Shown one piece after another: positions 47,673-61,303 of a DNA stretch of 64,000 nt. The notes under the pieces were generated by a model, which saw only the letters and a program-made list of their open reading frames with translations, had not been told where the DNA came from and did not search any database. Every line of letters starts with the position of its first letter. Position 1 is the stretch's first letter. Source of the DNA: Phoronis australis (taxonomy: Eukaryota; Animalia; Phoronida); the NCBI GenBank assembly GCA_002633005.1, contig NMRA01000359.1, positions 62,001-126,000 of the forward strand, read 5' to 3'. The position numbers and the translations under genes are program-made.

Positions 47673-50600
47673 GTGACATGTAACTTAGGAAATCTTTTCC
47701 ATCAAATCTGTTGCTCGTATGATGTCTTCGAAGCTGTGTACCATTGACACTGAGAATACTTTTACTGAACAAAGTTTTTATTAGGTCTAGACTTAGGCTA
47801 CTTTTCCCTGATACTGCAAATATGCTCGTCGGATTTTCTCGGTGCAAGAACACACGGTAGTTATAAAATGTCCGGTTTTTGTTTGGGCAACGACGGAGGA
47901 CTGCCTATAATGAAGTTAGCGTCGGAGTGTACTAGATTTAAAAGAATGGAAACGCATGCGCACACTGGATGAACAACAACCACTTAACCATCCAGTGGCG
48001 GGTTTAGAGGGGGGCCAAGGGAGCCTTGCCCCCCCCCCCTAAAAATCTCGAAGATTCCATTTGCCAGTTCGGGGGTGCAGACGTCTGACGGGCAAAATCC
48101 TGGATAATAGTCTGCCCTGCCCCCCCCCAAATCAAAATCCTGGATCCGAATCTGTCATCACCTTCAATTCGAAATTTGAAAATGCCTACACCTTACCATA
48201 CTGTGCTAGTTAGTTTACCAAATAGCAGATAACAAACATATTTTCTGCTGTTTTGGTTCTTGGTCGATTTTAAGGCATTCACACCATATTACTTTTTGAG
48301 AGCTCTTTCTCTGCTTTATAGCTTAGCTAGTTATAAACGTTTACATGTAGACTCCCTTGTTACCCTATGGTGTATCGGCGTCCAAATGGGTGAACGTTAC
48401 GCCGTTAAATTACGTGCGTAAGATAATTCTTGTTAGAGGGGTAAAGTAATTTTTTGCGGCGTAAATAAATTATTTGCGGCGTAAAGTAATTATTTACGGC
48501 GTAAAATAATTATTTGCGGCGTAAAGTACGGACCTGTTCACTGACACATAACCTGCAACTTCTGAATGTCTTCAAATCTACACATAGTTTTTCCTCACGA
48601 TTAATTCCAAAATTAGGCAGCTGTATCGGACATTTTTTCAAAGTCGAAGATGGACAGTTCTAAACCATGATTTTTCAGTAACCTGCACTCAAAATTTCCC
48701 CGTAAATAGAACTACACATTTACTACCATGATGCGATGGTTCATGCGCATCTGTAACAAGATGGCGGTTCTATAGTGGCACTTCATTGCCCAAAACAAAC
48801 CGCTCAACCGTTGCGAATATTCGATGCGTTTTACACGATGTTCTTCAAGATTGCGAATATGGCCGCCATTGTGATGTTTTCAATTGACCTTATTGGGATC
48901 ATTCTAAATCAGTGGACTGTCCAAGCATTACAAAACTTGCTGAATATTTTCTTAAATAATCTGTTAAATGAACAGTAACATTTTCCTCCACTTATTCACT
49001 TAGAAGCTACAGGTCGCATTCCTTGTCTGCCCCTACATGCAACGTGTGTCTTGCGAGTTGTTCTTGTGTTCAAATCAGACGCATAATAGGGCTGTGGCGG
49101 CCATTTGTCGTTTTTGTGGTTTGCGTTTACATAATGCACATGTAGATCCACGGTCTCTGGAGTGATTTTTCAGACGTTTTCTGTGTAAAAGTTATTGCAA
49201 GGGTTATCGGAAATGTGTATTTGTTTTTCTCTAGAACTTGCAGTTCTCGAGTAACTCGAGATTATTCCATATTGTTAGCATGTGCCTTTTACACCAGAAT
49301 ACATCACATCCTGGTTTTATTCACATTCTTTCAGGCCCGGCTTTTATTGTTTGTAGGCTATGCAGTGCTATCTGCTGATATGCCATACTGGGACCTGCAT
49401 CCCAACAAATAGCTCAAAGCTCGAGTTAATGTTGACACGATTGCTGAAGCAGCTAGTTTTAAAAATTAAAAATTCCGTGTAGTCTCATTTTAGTCTCCTG
49501 TTCAGATTGCAGTTGTTCCCAAGTTTTCATGTCCCGAAGAGAAAATGGAACAGGATATCCCGGATGACTTCAAGCCTTCTATTTAGATATCATGAGCTGA
49601 TACGAAATATTTTAATGTTTAGTATCAGTTAAAATTACTCTCACTACTGACCCAGTGAATAGAGTCATTCCTCTGATCACCGGCCACTGCTGACACTGGA
49701 ATTGGGCTGAACTAGATGAGACGTTGGAGAAACGTTTCTGCAAATCAGCCCTTGTTTCGTTCGAAGGGGATGTTCACAGCATGCCGGTGACAGCCTCCAG
49801 TTTTTTTTGCAGTATATAAGGTGTCCCTTGAACGATTTATCTGAAATTTGAAATGTACCTCGCCATCTTCGCCCGAGTGGNAGTGGACTTTCTGGGTAGT
49901 GAACCTTTGGAGTAATGAACCTTCGAAGTAGTGGACTTTCTGGGTAGTGAACCTTTGGAGTAATGAACCTTCGAAGTAGTGGACTTTCTGGGTAGTGAAC
50001 CTTTGGAGTAATGAACCTTCGAAGTAGTGGACTTTCTGGGTAGTGAACCTTTGGAGTAATGAACCTTCGAAGTAGTGGACTTTCTGGGTAGTGAACCTTT
50101 GGAGTAGTGACATGTAACTTAGGAAATCTTTTCCATCAAATCTGTTGCTCGTACTGTATGATGTCTTCGAAGCTGTGTACCACTGACACTGATTGACAAG
50201 AGAATACTTTTACTGAACAAAGCTTTTATTCGGTCTAGAGTTAGGCTACTTTTCCCTGATACTGCAAATATGCTCGTCGGGTTTCTCAGTGCAAGAACAC
50301 ACGGTAGTTATAAAATGTCCGGGTTTTGTTTGAGCAACGACGGAGGACTGCCTATAACGAACTTACCGTCGGAGTTTATATACTAGATTTAAAAGAATGG
50401 AAACGCATGCGCACACTGGATGAACAACAATCATTTAACCATCCAGTGGCGGACTTAGAGGGGGGCCAAGGTGGCCTTCCCCCCCTCTAAAATTCTCGAA
50501 GATTCCATTTGCCAGTTCGGGGGTGCGGACGTCTGACGGGCAAAATCCTGGTTAATAGTCTGCCCTGCCCCCCCCCCCAATCAAAATCCTGGATCCGAAT

Positions 50601-52410
50601 CTGTCATCACCTTCAATTCGAAATTTGAAAACGCCTACACCTTACCATACTGTGCTAGTTAGTTTACCAAACTAGCAGATAACAAACATATTTTCTGCTG
50701 TTTTGGTTCTTGGTCGATTTTAAGGCATTTACACCATATTACTTTTTGAGAGCTCTTTCTCTGCTTTATAGCTGAGCTAGTTATAGACGTTTACATGTAG
50801 ACTCCCTTGTTACCCTATGGTGTATCGGCGTCCAAATGGGTGAACGTTACGCCGTTAAATTACGTGCGTAAGATAATTCTTGTTAGAGGGGTAAAGTAAT
50901 TTTTTGCGGCGTTAATAAATTATTTGCGGCGTAAAGTAATTATTTACGGCGTAAAATAATTATTTGCGGCGTAAAGCACGGACCTGTTCACTGACATATA
51001 ACCTGCAACTTCTGAATGTCTTCAAATCTACACATAGTTTTTCCTCACGATTAGATCCAAAATTAGGCAGCTGTATCGGACTTTTTTTCAAAGTAGAAGA
51101 TGGACAGTTCTAAAACCATGATTTCTCAGTAACCTGCACTCATAATTGCCCCGTAAATAGAACTACACATTTACTATCATGATGCGATGGTTCATGCGCA
51201 TCTGAAACAAGATGGCGGTTCTATAGTGGCACTCCATTGCCCAAAACAAACTTTTTTTCAACAAAGATCATAATTTGCAATTAGTAATGCCTTGTAATTT
51301 GGATGTGTTTCATTTGCTCAACCGTTGTGAATATTCGATGCGTTTTACACGATGTTCTTCAAGATTGCGAATATGGCCACCATTGTGATGTTTTCAATTG
51401 ACCTTATTGGGATCATTCTAAATCAGTGGACTGTCCAAGCATTTCAAAACTTGCTGAATATTTTCTTAAATAATCTGTTAAATGAACAGTAACATTTTCC
51501 TCCACTTATTTACTTAAAAGCTACAGGTCGCATTCCTTGTCTGCCCCTACATGCAACGTGTGTCTTGTGAGTTGTTCTTGTGTTGAAATCAGACGCATAA
51601 TAGGGCTGTGGCGGCCATTTGTCGTTTTTGTGGTTTGCGTTTACATAATGCACATGTAGATTCACTGTCTCTGGAGTGATTTTTCAGACGTTTTCTGTGT
51701 AAAAGTTATTGCAAGGGTTATCGGAAATGTGTATTTGTTTTTCTCTAGGACTTGCAGTTCTCGAGTAACTCGAGATTATTCCATACTGTTAGCATGTGCC
51801 TTTTAAACCAGAAGACATCACATCCTGGTTTTATTCACATTAGCTTTCAGGCCCGGCTTTTATTGTTTGTAGGCTATGCAGTGCTATCTGCTAATATGCC
51901 ATACTGGGACCTGCATCCCAACAAATACATTTATCTCAAAGCTCGAGCTAATGTTGACAAGATTGCTGAAGCAGCTAGTTTTAAAAATTAAAAATTCCGT
52001 GTAGTCTCATTTTAGTCCCCTGTTCAGATTGCAGTTGTTCCCAAGTTTTCATGTCCCGAAGAGAAAATGGAACAGGATATCCCGGATGGCTTCAAGCTTT
52101 CTATTTAGATATTATGAGCTGATACGAAATATTTTAATGTTTAGTATCAGATCAAATTACTCTCACTACTGACCTAGTGAATAGAGTCATTCCTTTGATC
52201 ACCGGCCACTGCTGACACTGGAATTAGGCTGAACTAGATGAGACGTTGGAGAAACGTTTCTGCAAATCAGGCCGGTTTTTGTTTCGTTCGAAGGGGATGT
52301 TCACAGCATGCCGGTGACAGCCTCCAGTGGAGTTTTTTGCAGTATCTAAGGTGTCCCTTGAACGATTTATCTGAAATTTGAAATGTACCTGGCCATCTTC
52401 GCCCGTGTGG
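47592..52410. repeat. Near-identical tandem duplication (about 47592-49880 vs 49882-52410) joined by a single N
   Basis: Collinear sequence with scattered SNPs and small indels; N at 49881. Confidence 0.85.
48440..48530. repeat. 20-bp tandem repeat (GTAAAGTAATTATTTGCGGC)n; duplicate at about 50890-50975
   Basis: Four to five direct units visible. Confidence 0.8.
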
Positions 52411-53480
52411 GGTTTGCGTAGATGACAGGGTCGTGCAGACGATTAGAGGAGATTTTATATGTTATTCATCGACATTGAACGCGCGTGGTGGCTACACCAT
52501 AGGGTAACAAGGAGTCTCCAAGCATATGTCTATACGTAGCTAAGCTATATACATGTAGCAGCGAGAGGGTTCACAAAACGCAGTGCGGCGTGAATGCTTC
52601 AGTTAAAATCGACCAAGAAATAAACAGCAGAAAATAGGTTTGCTGTCTGCTATGTTGGTATACCTGTACGGCAATTGAAAGTGATTGTCAACTATGTTGC
52701 TAATCCAGTGTCCATTTTGATTGTGAATTAGTGGATTTACACAATGAGCTATGTACAAAAAAGTTATATTCATCTCATTGGATTTACATGCATGCTTGTA
52801 GACGTGTGTGCGTTCCATTCTTTTAAATTCAGTACACGCCGACCCAACGGTAATTTCCGGCAGTCTTCCGTCGTCGCTCAAAAACCTAAAGCCTATCTTA
52901 AACGGTAACACCAGTAAATCTGGTGCCTACAGTATGTCAAGAGTATCACTCTGAGCCCACCAGTGCCATGAATTGATAAATGTAACGAGCCGTATTGGTT
53001 TGTTTTTGACTACGTCACCGCGAAAATCACCTTTTAACTGCGAATAACACTCGCACGCAATGGTGATTTATGAGACCGATATTCAATACAACTATTATCG
53101 GTCTTCTGTCGTTTTGCCTGGGATCTCGAGGTGACGCAATACGGCACCTATCATTTGTCGGTCCTTAATTTCCGAGACTGAATTCATGCTTTCTCATCTC
53201 GCTAACTGAGGCTTTGCTAGGACTACCTGGTTAGCCCAAAACACCTAAAATAACAAAATTTCAGTTGAAGTTAGGCTTTAACTACCGTGTTCTCTTGCAC
53301 TGAGTATATGTTCACATTATTAGGGTGAAGTAGGTCTAGACCTAATAAAAGCGTTGGTCAATGAACCAAGTCTTCTATTATCAATCATTGTCAATGGTGC
53401 ACAGCCTTGCAGACTTAATTCACACGAGCAACTAACTTGATGAGGTTACATGTCACTATTCCGAAGGTTCACTACTCCGT

Positions 53481-54311
53481 AGGTCCGCTACTTTGAAGGT
53501 TCACTTCTCCGAAGGTTCGCTTCCTTCGAAAGTCAAGTATTTCAAACGTCTACAATTCGGAAACCACTGGAATTCCGACAGTTCATTACTCCGATTGTCA
53601 GCCAATGAGTCGGAACTGGCATGAATAAAGTATTTTTGTCCCTTTCATAATCATTTAAAGGGTGTGCAAGAGTTAAGTTCTTAAAACATTGATTACAATG
53701 ATTACAAATTAATGAGCTCAGTTCCTATCACCACCAACCGTGATTCTTGAATCTAATTAACGACCCATTCTCAAGCCTGGGTAACATTTGGGGTACAGTT
53801 CAGGGCTGCGGCGACCAACGGCGATTTTAAATTTAAGATTGAACGAGAATCTCTTACTTCGTGGAGAGTGGCAGGGGCAGGGGTTGCTATAACTANAGGT
53901 CCGCTACTTTGAAGGTTCACTTCTCCGAAGGTTCGCTTCCTTCGAAAGTCAAGTATTTCAAACGTCTACAATTCGGAAACCACTGGAATTCCGACAGTTC
54001 ATTACTCCGATTGTCAGCCAATGAGTCGGAACTGGCATGAATAAAGTATTTTTGTCCCTTTCATAACCATTTCAAGGGTGTGCAAGAGTTAAGTTCTTAA
54101 ATCATTGATTACAATGTTTACAAATTAATTAGCTCAGTTCCTATCATCACCAATCGTGATTCTTGAATCTAATTAACGACTCACTCTCAAGCCTGGGTAA
54201 CATTTGGGGTACGGTTCAGGGCGGCGGCGACCAACGGCAATTTTAAATTTAAGATTGAATGAGAATCTCTTACTTCGTGGAGACTGGCAGGGGCAGGGGT
54301 TGCTATAACTA
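53481..54311. repeat. 415-bp tandem duplication joined by N at 53896
   Basis: 53481-53895 vs 53897-54311 nearly identical. Confidence 0.85.
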
Positions 54312-56918
54312 CATTTCATTTCAACCCCGCCGGTGGGTGAGGTTGAGGCGCAGAGGCCCTAAACTTTTCAGTCACGCTGTGAAATGGTGCGATCATGACT
54401 TGGATTTGATGAATGTATCGTGGTTCAAGAACTCATCAATATTCCTACTTCACACTTATTTAAAAATGCAAGTACGTACTCAAAGACTGGACATGCAGGC
54501 AATTTCGTATGCGCATGAAATCCAAACAAAATGTTTTAGTACCCCGGGGTTGTTTTTGGTATTCATGTAGGTACACCACTCAGTGCACTGATCTAATAAC
54601 CCAAATATCGTTAATTTTGCATGTAAAATCCGTATATTAATTACAAATGAATCCGAAATTTTAGATATTTTCGGAGTAGCGAACCTCCGAATTAGTGAAC
54701 CTTCGGAATTGTGAAACTTAATTAGGAGTTGTGAATCTTCGAAATAGTGGGCTGTTCCCATTTCCAGTGATGTAAGCAATTCAAAAAAACACGCAAAACA
54801 ATAATCAGATAAAAAAAAATTCATCAAGTCATTCTCTGACTAAATATTTCCATCCGAGTATATGATGAGGTGTAATCACTGATCAAGCACACCGGATTTG
54901 AAAGTTTGGCTGGAGGTAAGGCGAGAACATTCTCTTTCTGGACCACATTATATCCGAATTTGGGTTCCATTCTTTGCGAGCAACCGTCACGGCATCCTCA
55001 TTTCTGGTATTACGGAATTCCGTCTCATCTCAGGAACACTGTTGTGTGTACAGATTTCTCTTCACCATAACTAAGCTGCATCAAGCACTTTACCGAAAAC
55101 TCAACAATGTCCACGTTTGCAAAATATCAAAGGTGTACCAATCTAGAAATTCGAATCATCCCCCACGCAATGCTGGCTACGGGTCTGTAAATGCTGTTCA
55201 TTAGTGGGATACTTTTGCTGACAGATCTATAGTAGTTTTCTATCGCAGCGTGAACGTACGAAAACGCAAGCGTGTAGGCGGGGTCTTAAAGACCAAAACG
55301 TACATTCCGTAGAGTGTGAAGCAAATTTTAAACTGGTTATTGAAGGTGTTACATGCGACTTTAAGAAAAATAGACTTTGATGAAAACATAAAGCCATTTG
55401 AGTAAGCAGAGTACATAAAACTCTCTTGTTAAAAATTGTTGGCTAGCCACGTGTTTCAAATCGCATATGATACCTTCGTTACAAATAAATAATTTTTAAA
55501 ATATTAATAGTAGACCATATAGCTACGTATATCTTTAATATCCTTGATGATGACACAATCTTATTATGTGCGAGAAAGTCCAAATGTTCGTATAAATCAT
55601 ACGATTGTGTTTCAACTAAACAAAACTTCATGGAGATCACGAATTTTCCACAAACTAGAACTTTGCAAATTCTGTTTATTCTATTAGCTATAAAAGCGTG
55701 TCTTGGATTCTCTTTTAAGGCCTTTTAACTGGAAAGCTCAGCTGTCCAAACCAAGACAGTTCTCTGTGTTCTTTAGCTTTGACTTCGATGGTTTCAAGTT
55801 TTCAGCTCAGAATATTAGGTTCAAATCGATTTGTTTGTAACACCAACGATTCTTACTGAGCAGGGCATGATGTGCATTCTGTTTCGAGACAGTTGAGCAC
55901 CACCGAGACGGCGAGTGCACTGATCGTTGGAAAGGCAATATTCCACATGCAAGTTACTGACCCTGATCAGCAAATGAACTTACTTAATCCACAATTGCTT
56001 CCCCAGGCGTCACAGAATGATACGTGCCTGGGACCGCAAAGTCTAAATCCAGCACTGTACCTGCCAGGCGACCTTCTCATTAGCAAATGAATGTGGAACT
56101 CAGGGGCGCATTNGCTAGGATTTTGCCCCTCAGACATTCGCACACCCAAACTGCCAAATGGAATCTGGGAGAATTTTAGGGGGGCCATGACCCTTTTGGC
56201 GCCTCTAAATCCGCTACTGGAATCCTGTTATTGCTCATCACCAAATATTATTTAGGCTGGCGTCAAGATTACTAAATCTTTGAGACAAAATAATAGTCCG
56301 TAATCCGTGTCGACTCTCAAAGATTAGCAAAACCTTGACATTATTACTTAACTGACAGTCAATGTTTAAATGCAGAGTGATTTAGTCGATTTCTGTGAGG
56401 AAGTGTTACAGACGATGAACAGCAATATTTCTCACAGAAGGTGGGCTATTAATTACCCATGAGCATGAGACAGATGTTTTACCAACAACGAATCCAGGAT
56501 TTTGTCCAGGGATCCAACAAGGTACAAACAACCACCCAAGTGACCAAGCCAATGGGACGGTTCCAGATCTCCTCTGGATCCGTGTCGGATCAGTAGGGAT
56601 GAAGGTAAAACACCGCCAGGAAAAATCACGATGCATGGTGTTTTAAGTTGGGATAACTCTTTGTTATAACACACTAGCCGGAATCGAATATTTCAATACA
56701 ACCACAATTAAATTTTAAAAGTAACCAAGACTCAGAATTTGTTAACTCCAAAATAATGCAGCATTTATTTACAACACTAAACGTTGACAATTCCTAATTT
56801 CAACAACATTTTGACATATATTGCAATTAGACTCAAAAATGGTGGTCTTTCGATTTGAACTGGGCAGTGTGTGCTGGAAGTTCACACGCCCACCTACACA
56901 TTTAACAGTGTGTACACT

Positions 56919-57105
56919 TCATTTCTTTTTCTTCTCGGCACTAAGATTCGAATGCAACTTCAGAACTTCTGGTTCAAACAGATCATGACATAAAACTCCA
57001 TTCTCGTCAAAGAAGTTGGCTACTGACCACGACTTTTCCGTTTCCCTCTCGTCTTTGGTGGTGCCGTCTATGAACTTCATGTGAAGCTTGTATTCATCAT
57101 CATAC
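56919..57105 (-). CDS. SPCS2: Signal peptidase complex subunit 2, last exon
   Basis: actag|(R)YDDEYKLHMKFIDG...SVANFFDENGVLCHDLFEPEVLKLHSNLSAEKKKK*; AATAAA downstream at 56769-56764. Confidence 0.92.
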
Positions 57106-57638
57106 CTAGTTAAAAGTAATCAGATTATAACAGAAAAAAATGTATAAAGTAAAAGCTTCAATATAACACACAAGCAAATGATTACCAACAACTACAGTAC
57201 AGGACAAAAGTAATCGGACAAAATACCGTTTTCCAATCATGACGGCCAATCCTGTTAAGAGCAAACAAACTGGTGGCAAAATTTTAATGACAGAATGGCT
57301 TAGCCGTCTTTACCAACTTTCTTGGTCATTTCTTGTTCATTTCTTGTTCATTTCGGTCATGACGGAAAACTAGTCTGACGATGAATTCGGCTTCTGCCCA
57401 GTCGTCATGACGGGGAGTTTTGTCTCATTTTGTCTGAATACTTTTGGCCTGTATTGTAGGTTTCCGAAAAATCTGACGACAAATTATTCCAAGGACAGAA
57501 ACAGTAAGTGGGACATGCGGAAGTTGAGTGCGATCAGCCATTCGGATAAGTCCGATTCAATGAATGAAACCTGAAGGTCCCGTTGAATCTGCTTTAGTTA
57601 TAGCTAGTGGGACAAGGACTTTTAGGATGAAAAATTAC

Positions 57639-57773
57639 CTTTTTAAAGCTGATGACACCTGCCATGTGTTGTCAGCATCCAGTCCTGCTTTGTCCTTTTG
57701 TAGGGCCACAAGGAATATGCTTTGTTCAATGTAGGTGGTATACAAGGTGAGAATACCCATTAAAATAAAATAC
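57639..57773 (-). CDS. SPCS2: SPCS2 exon 4 (follows the U12 intron)
   Basis: (S)[44 protein letters not shown](R)|gtaa; preceded by branch site TCCTTAAC; 5' edge could alternatively be 57776. Confidence 0.88.
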
Positions 57774-59367
57774 ATGGTCACAGTTAAGGAATGCTTATCC
57801 AGGTGGGTGATATGTTGTAAAAATCAGCTGCAAATATCAGAATGCGCAGTATCCTACACAACTGAAAGCCCAAACGTGCTCAAACGAAAACAAACATACC
57901 GAAAATGCAGGGTGGCTGACATTCTCCTTAGCACAAATGCACGGTCTTAAGAGTTACACGGATGTAGGACCTTATAGACAAGTCTGTGTATTCCGCCAAA
58001 TACCTACAAACTATAGATAACTCGGAAAATATATGTATTTTCTGAACGTAGAAAGCTTGTCGAATTTGATTTGTCTCTCCCTTTGCCAACCTGCCATTAA
58101 TTGAGTCACATGACCATGTCTTTTCAGTAAAATTTAGCAAAAAAGAAATGTACATTATCAATAACATGACCAAATTCAACATGAGATCTCAAAAATGCTG
58201 TTACGTGCAATGGCCTGGAATACCCTGTATATACAACCGGGTACTGGCAGCTACCGCGCCTCGTAGCGGTGGTCTACGCAACTGAACATTCTGAGTAAGA
58301 CAGGTGTCCATGGCAGCGGAAAGCCTTAAAGTGGAACTTGCACGCTAATTCCTTATCTCTGGGATTGCTTGGTCACATTAGTTAGAAACACAACATATAG
58401 TGATGATGTGAATATTCAGTACGTTGAAAATTCCCAAATGATTTTACGAACGAGTTTTGTGTCGAAAATGATGTACCGTAAATTACTGAACTGCGTCCAG
58501 TAAGTATCGTGACGTGACGTTGGGGAATAACACTGCACGATGTGAGCTATGTGAGCCCCGGAGGTATGAAATTAGACCAAAGGTCACTTATTTGCAGAAT
58601 TTTTTGGTTTTCACATTTACGAGTTGTCAACAAATACATTACCGCACTTTGTTTAGCGTAGATCATGTTCAAAGAGCATTATCATCACTTCGTGCTATAC
58701 ATTAGCATAGTAAGAAACATGCAAATATATCTCTAAACCTGCTGTGCAGCCATTGTCGTTGATAGTGACACCTATTCCTCAAGCTGTTTGCTATTTTTTA
58801 AAACAGGTTGTAGGCCATTCAAACGTGTTTTAACCATCGGAAAACAGTTGCGGGAACACTTGTCAGAAGAACACAGGTCAGTCAGGAAAAATGTGAATTT
58901 AATGGCCAGGCCTCAATGATAAAATGTTGGTAGTGCCAATGACTCCTAATGTTGAGTTCTGTACTGTTTTTTTGTGATTAGTCAAACTTCTACTGACTTT
59001 GTGATTGTACTGATTAATTCTAATTTCAAAACTGCAAATTCTATAATTCAACAAAGTTCATTTTCCATTTTTATGGATTTTCGATTAGTCCAGCCCAGAA
59101 ACAAAATTATGTTCAAAACATGTGCAGCATGCATTCAATGGAAGTTTTGTTTGAGAACATTAAAGGACTAACTTTAGCCATCTATGACACAACCACAAAG
59201 TCATGATCAGGTGTAGGAGATAAGGAACACATTCAATGCAACCTACATACAAATTTGATATAATACAGGAGTCTAAACTCAACTGAAAGCCCGTGCACTT
59301 GCACCATGGCACCAAACACTTCAACTTCATGAACAGTGTGCCACAATTTCAACCAAGCAAAGGATAT
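57774..59367 (-). other. U12-type (minor spliceosome) intron of SPCS2
   Basis: Donor ATATCCTTT (59367-59359), branch TCCTTAAC (57790-57783), 3' end ...TGTGACCAT|G. Confidence 0.88.
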
Positions 59368-59528
59368 GAGACGACGCAGAGTATTAGCACAGGTCTGGAG
59401 ATTGGGAAGGGGTGCAGGTAGTCCCACAGCAGAGCAAATAAAGCAAACAGGACAGACAAAGTACAGATGACTAGGCGCCCATCCATCAATCTGTTGGACT
59501 CTACATAGCCACACTTCTCGGTAAGCAC
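59368..59528 (-). CDS. SPCS2: SPCS2 exon 3
   Basis: ttgtag|[53 protein letters not shown](S)|ATATCCTTT U12 donor. Confidence 0.92.
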
Positions 59529-59982
59529 CTACAAAGAGAGAGATCTGTAGCGCACGCAGCACTTTAATCACGGAATTAATGGCAATCATATATCGTATAG
59601 TAGCCGCACCTATGTGTGGGGCAAACTCTCAACAAAAAGGTCAAGCTTTGCAATTCCTGCCATTGCACCAGTCAACTTGGATGTAACCGCATACCAGTGA
59701 TGGCTGGGAAGTAAACCTGTTGACAAGTGCCCTCTTCAGGGCACAGTATAAGGTAATCAGATGGTGGGCACATCCGTACCACAACAACAACAGCCATCTA
59801 TCCACGATATCCAACATTTTTCTAGTATGTTCCAAAACTAATCTCAGGACTAAACAAAATAAACTTCAACCAGGTACTAAGACCTATGAATTGTTACGTA
59901 CAACAGCACACTCAAAGTAAACATTTTGAAAACAGATTTCCAAATATAAAGACTGAACTTCAACTTCAAGTCAGTAGATTAC

Positions 59983-60057
59983 CTTTTTAGCAGCATCGTC
60001 CAGTGTGTTCTTACAGGCTGAACCATCCCACTTGTCTATCTTGATTGGTTTTTCCTC
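59983..60057 (-). CDS. SPCS2: SPCS2 exon 2 (exon 1 not found; probably in the gap or missing)
   Basis: ttgcag|EEKPIKIDKWDGSACKNTLDDAAKK|gtaatc, the conserved KIDKWDG...LDD motif. Confidence 0.92.
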
Positions 60058-60349
60058 CTGCAAAAATATATATTTTAACCATTTAGGGTCGAAATAACGC
60101 ACCAACAGGAAAGTTTTCATCGAGTTTCCTCTTTTACGTAAACAAACAAGAAGTATATTTTGTTGGTTCCACTCACAGTACTGAACGGTGCAGGTCCATC
60201 ACTCACAATATTCGTTTGGTAACATTTGTGTTAAAAGTTAAAACGGAGGTACAACGGAATCATACGCAACAGCATCGCATCTTACGCACGAACCATCTAC
60301 GAACCCATGAATCATGGACACGAACCCATGAATCATGCATACAAATAAA

Positions 60350-60534
60350 AATCATGCAAACGAACCACAAGAATCATACATACAAACGCATGAACAACAA
60401 TCGTGCAAACGAACCACAAGAATCATACATACAAACGCATGAACAACAATCGTGCAAACGAACCACAAGAATCATACATACAAACGCATGAACAACAATC
60501 GTGCAAACGAACCACAAGAATCATACATACAAAC
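60350..60534. repeat. 49-bp tandem repeat running into the assembly gap
   Basis: GTGCAAACGAACCACAAGAATCATACATACAAACGCATGAACAACAATC repeated at 49-bp spacing (60403, 60452, 60501). Confidence 0.9.
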
Positions 60535-61303
60535 NNNNNNNNNNNNNNNNNNNNNNNNNNNNNNNNNNNNNNNNNNNNNNNNNNNNNNNNNNNNNNNNNN
60601 NNNNNNNNNNNNNNNNNNNNNNNNNNNNNNNNNNNNNNNNNNNNNNNNNNNNNNNNNNNNNNNNNNNNNNNNNNNNNNNNNNNNNNNNNNNNNNNNNNNN
60701 NNNNNNNNNNNNNNNNNNNNNNNNNNNNNNNNNNNNNNNNNNNNNNNNNNNNNNNNNNNNNNNNNNNNNNNNNNNNNNNNNNNNNNNNNNNNNNNNNNNN
60801 NNNNNNNNNNNNNNNNNNNNNNNNNNNNNNNNNNNNNNNNNNNNNNNNNNNNNNNNNNNNNNNNNNNNNNNNNNNNNNNNNNNNNNNNNNNNNNNNNNNN
60901 NNNNNNNNNNNNNNNNNNNNNNNNNNNNNNNNNNNNNNNNNNNNNNNNNNNNNNNNNNNNNNNNNNNNNNNNNNNNNNNNNNNNNNNNNNNNNNNNNNNN
61001 NNNNNNNNNNNNNNNNNNNNNNNNNNNNNNNNNNNNNNNNNNNNNNNNNNNNNNNNNNNNNNNNNNNNNNNNNNNNNNNNNNNNNNNNNNNNNNNNNNNN
61101 NNNNNNNNNNNNNNNNNNNNNNNNNNNNNNNNNNNNNNNNNNNNNNNNNNNNNNNNNNNNNNNNNNNNNNNNNNNNNNNNNNNNNNNNNNNNNNNNNNNN
61201 NNNNNNNNNNNNNNNNNNNNNNNNNNNNNNNNNNNNNNNNNNNNNNNNNNNNNNNNNNNNNNNNNNNNNNNNNNNNNNNNNNNNNNNNNNNNNNNNNNNN
61301 NNN
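60535..61303. other. Assembly gap (769 N)
   Basis: Run of N. Confidence 1.

Noticed and set aside
46150-48535. Possible TIR pair (TTTACCCC... at 46185 vs ...GGGGTAAA at 48438)
   Set aside because: Similarity is short and AT-rich, with no TSD identified.
47340-50109. Regular repeats as a CRISPR array or a repetitive protein (RFTTQKVHYFEGSLLQ)n
   Set aside because: Units are contiguous with no unique spacers, the context is eukaryotic, and the ORFs are by-products of a 48-bp satellite.
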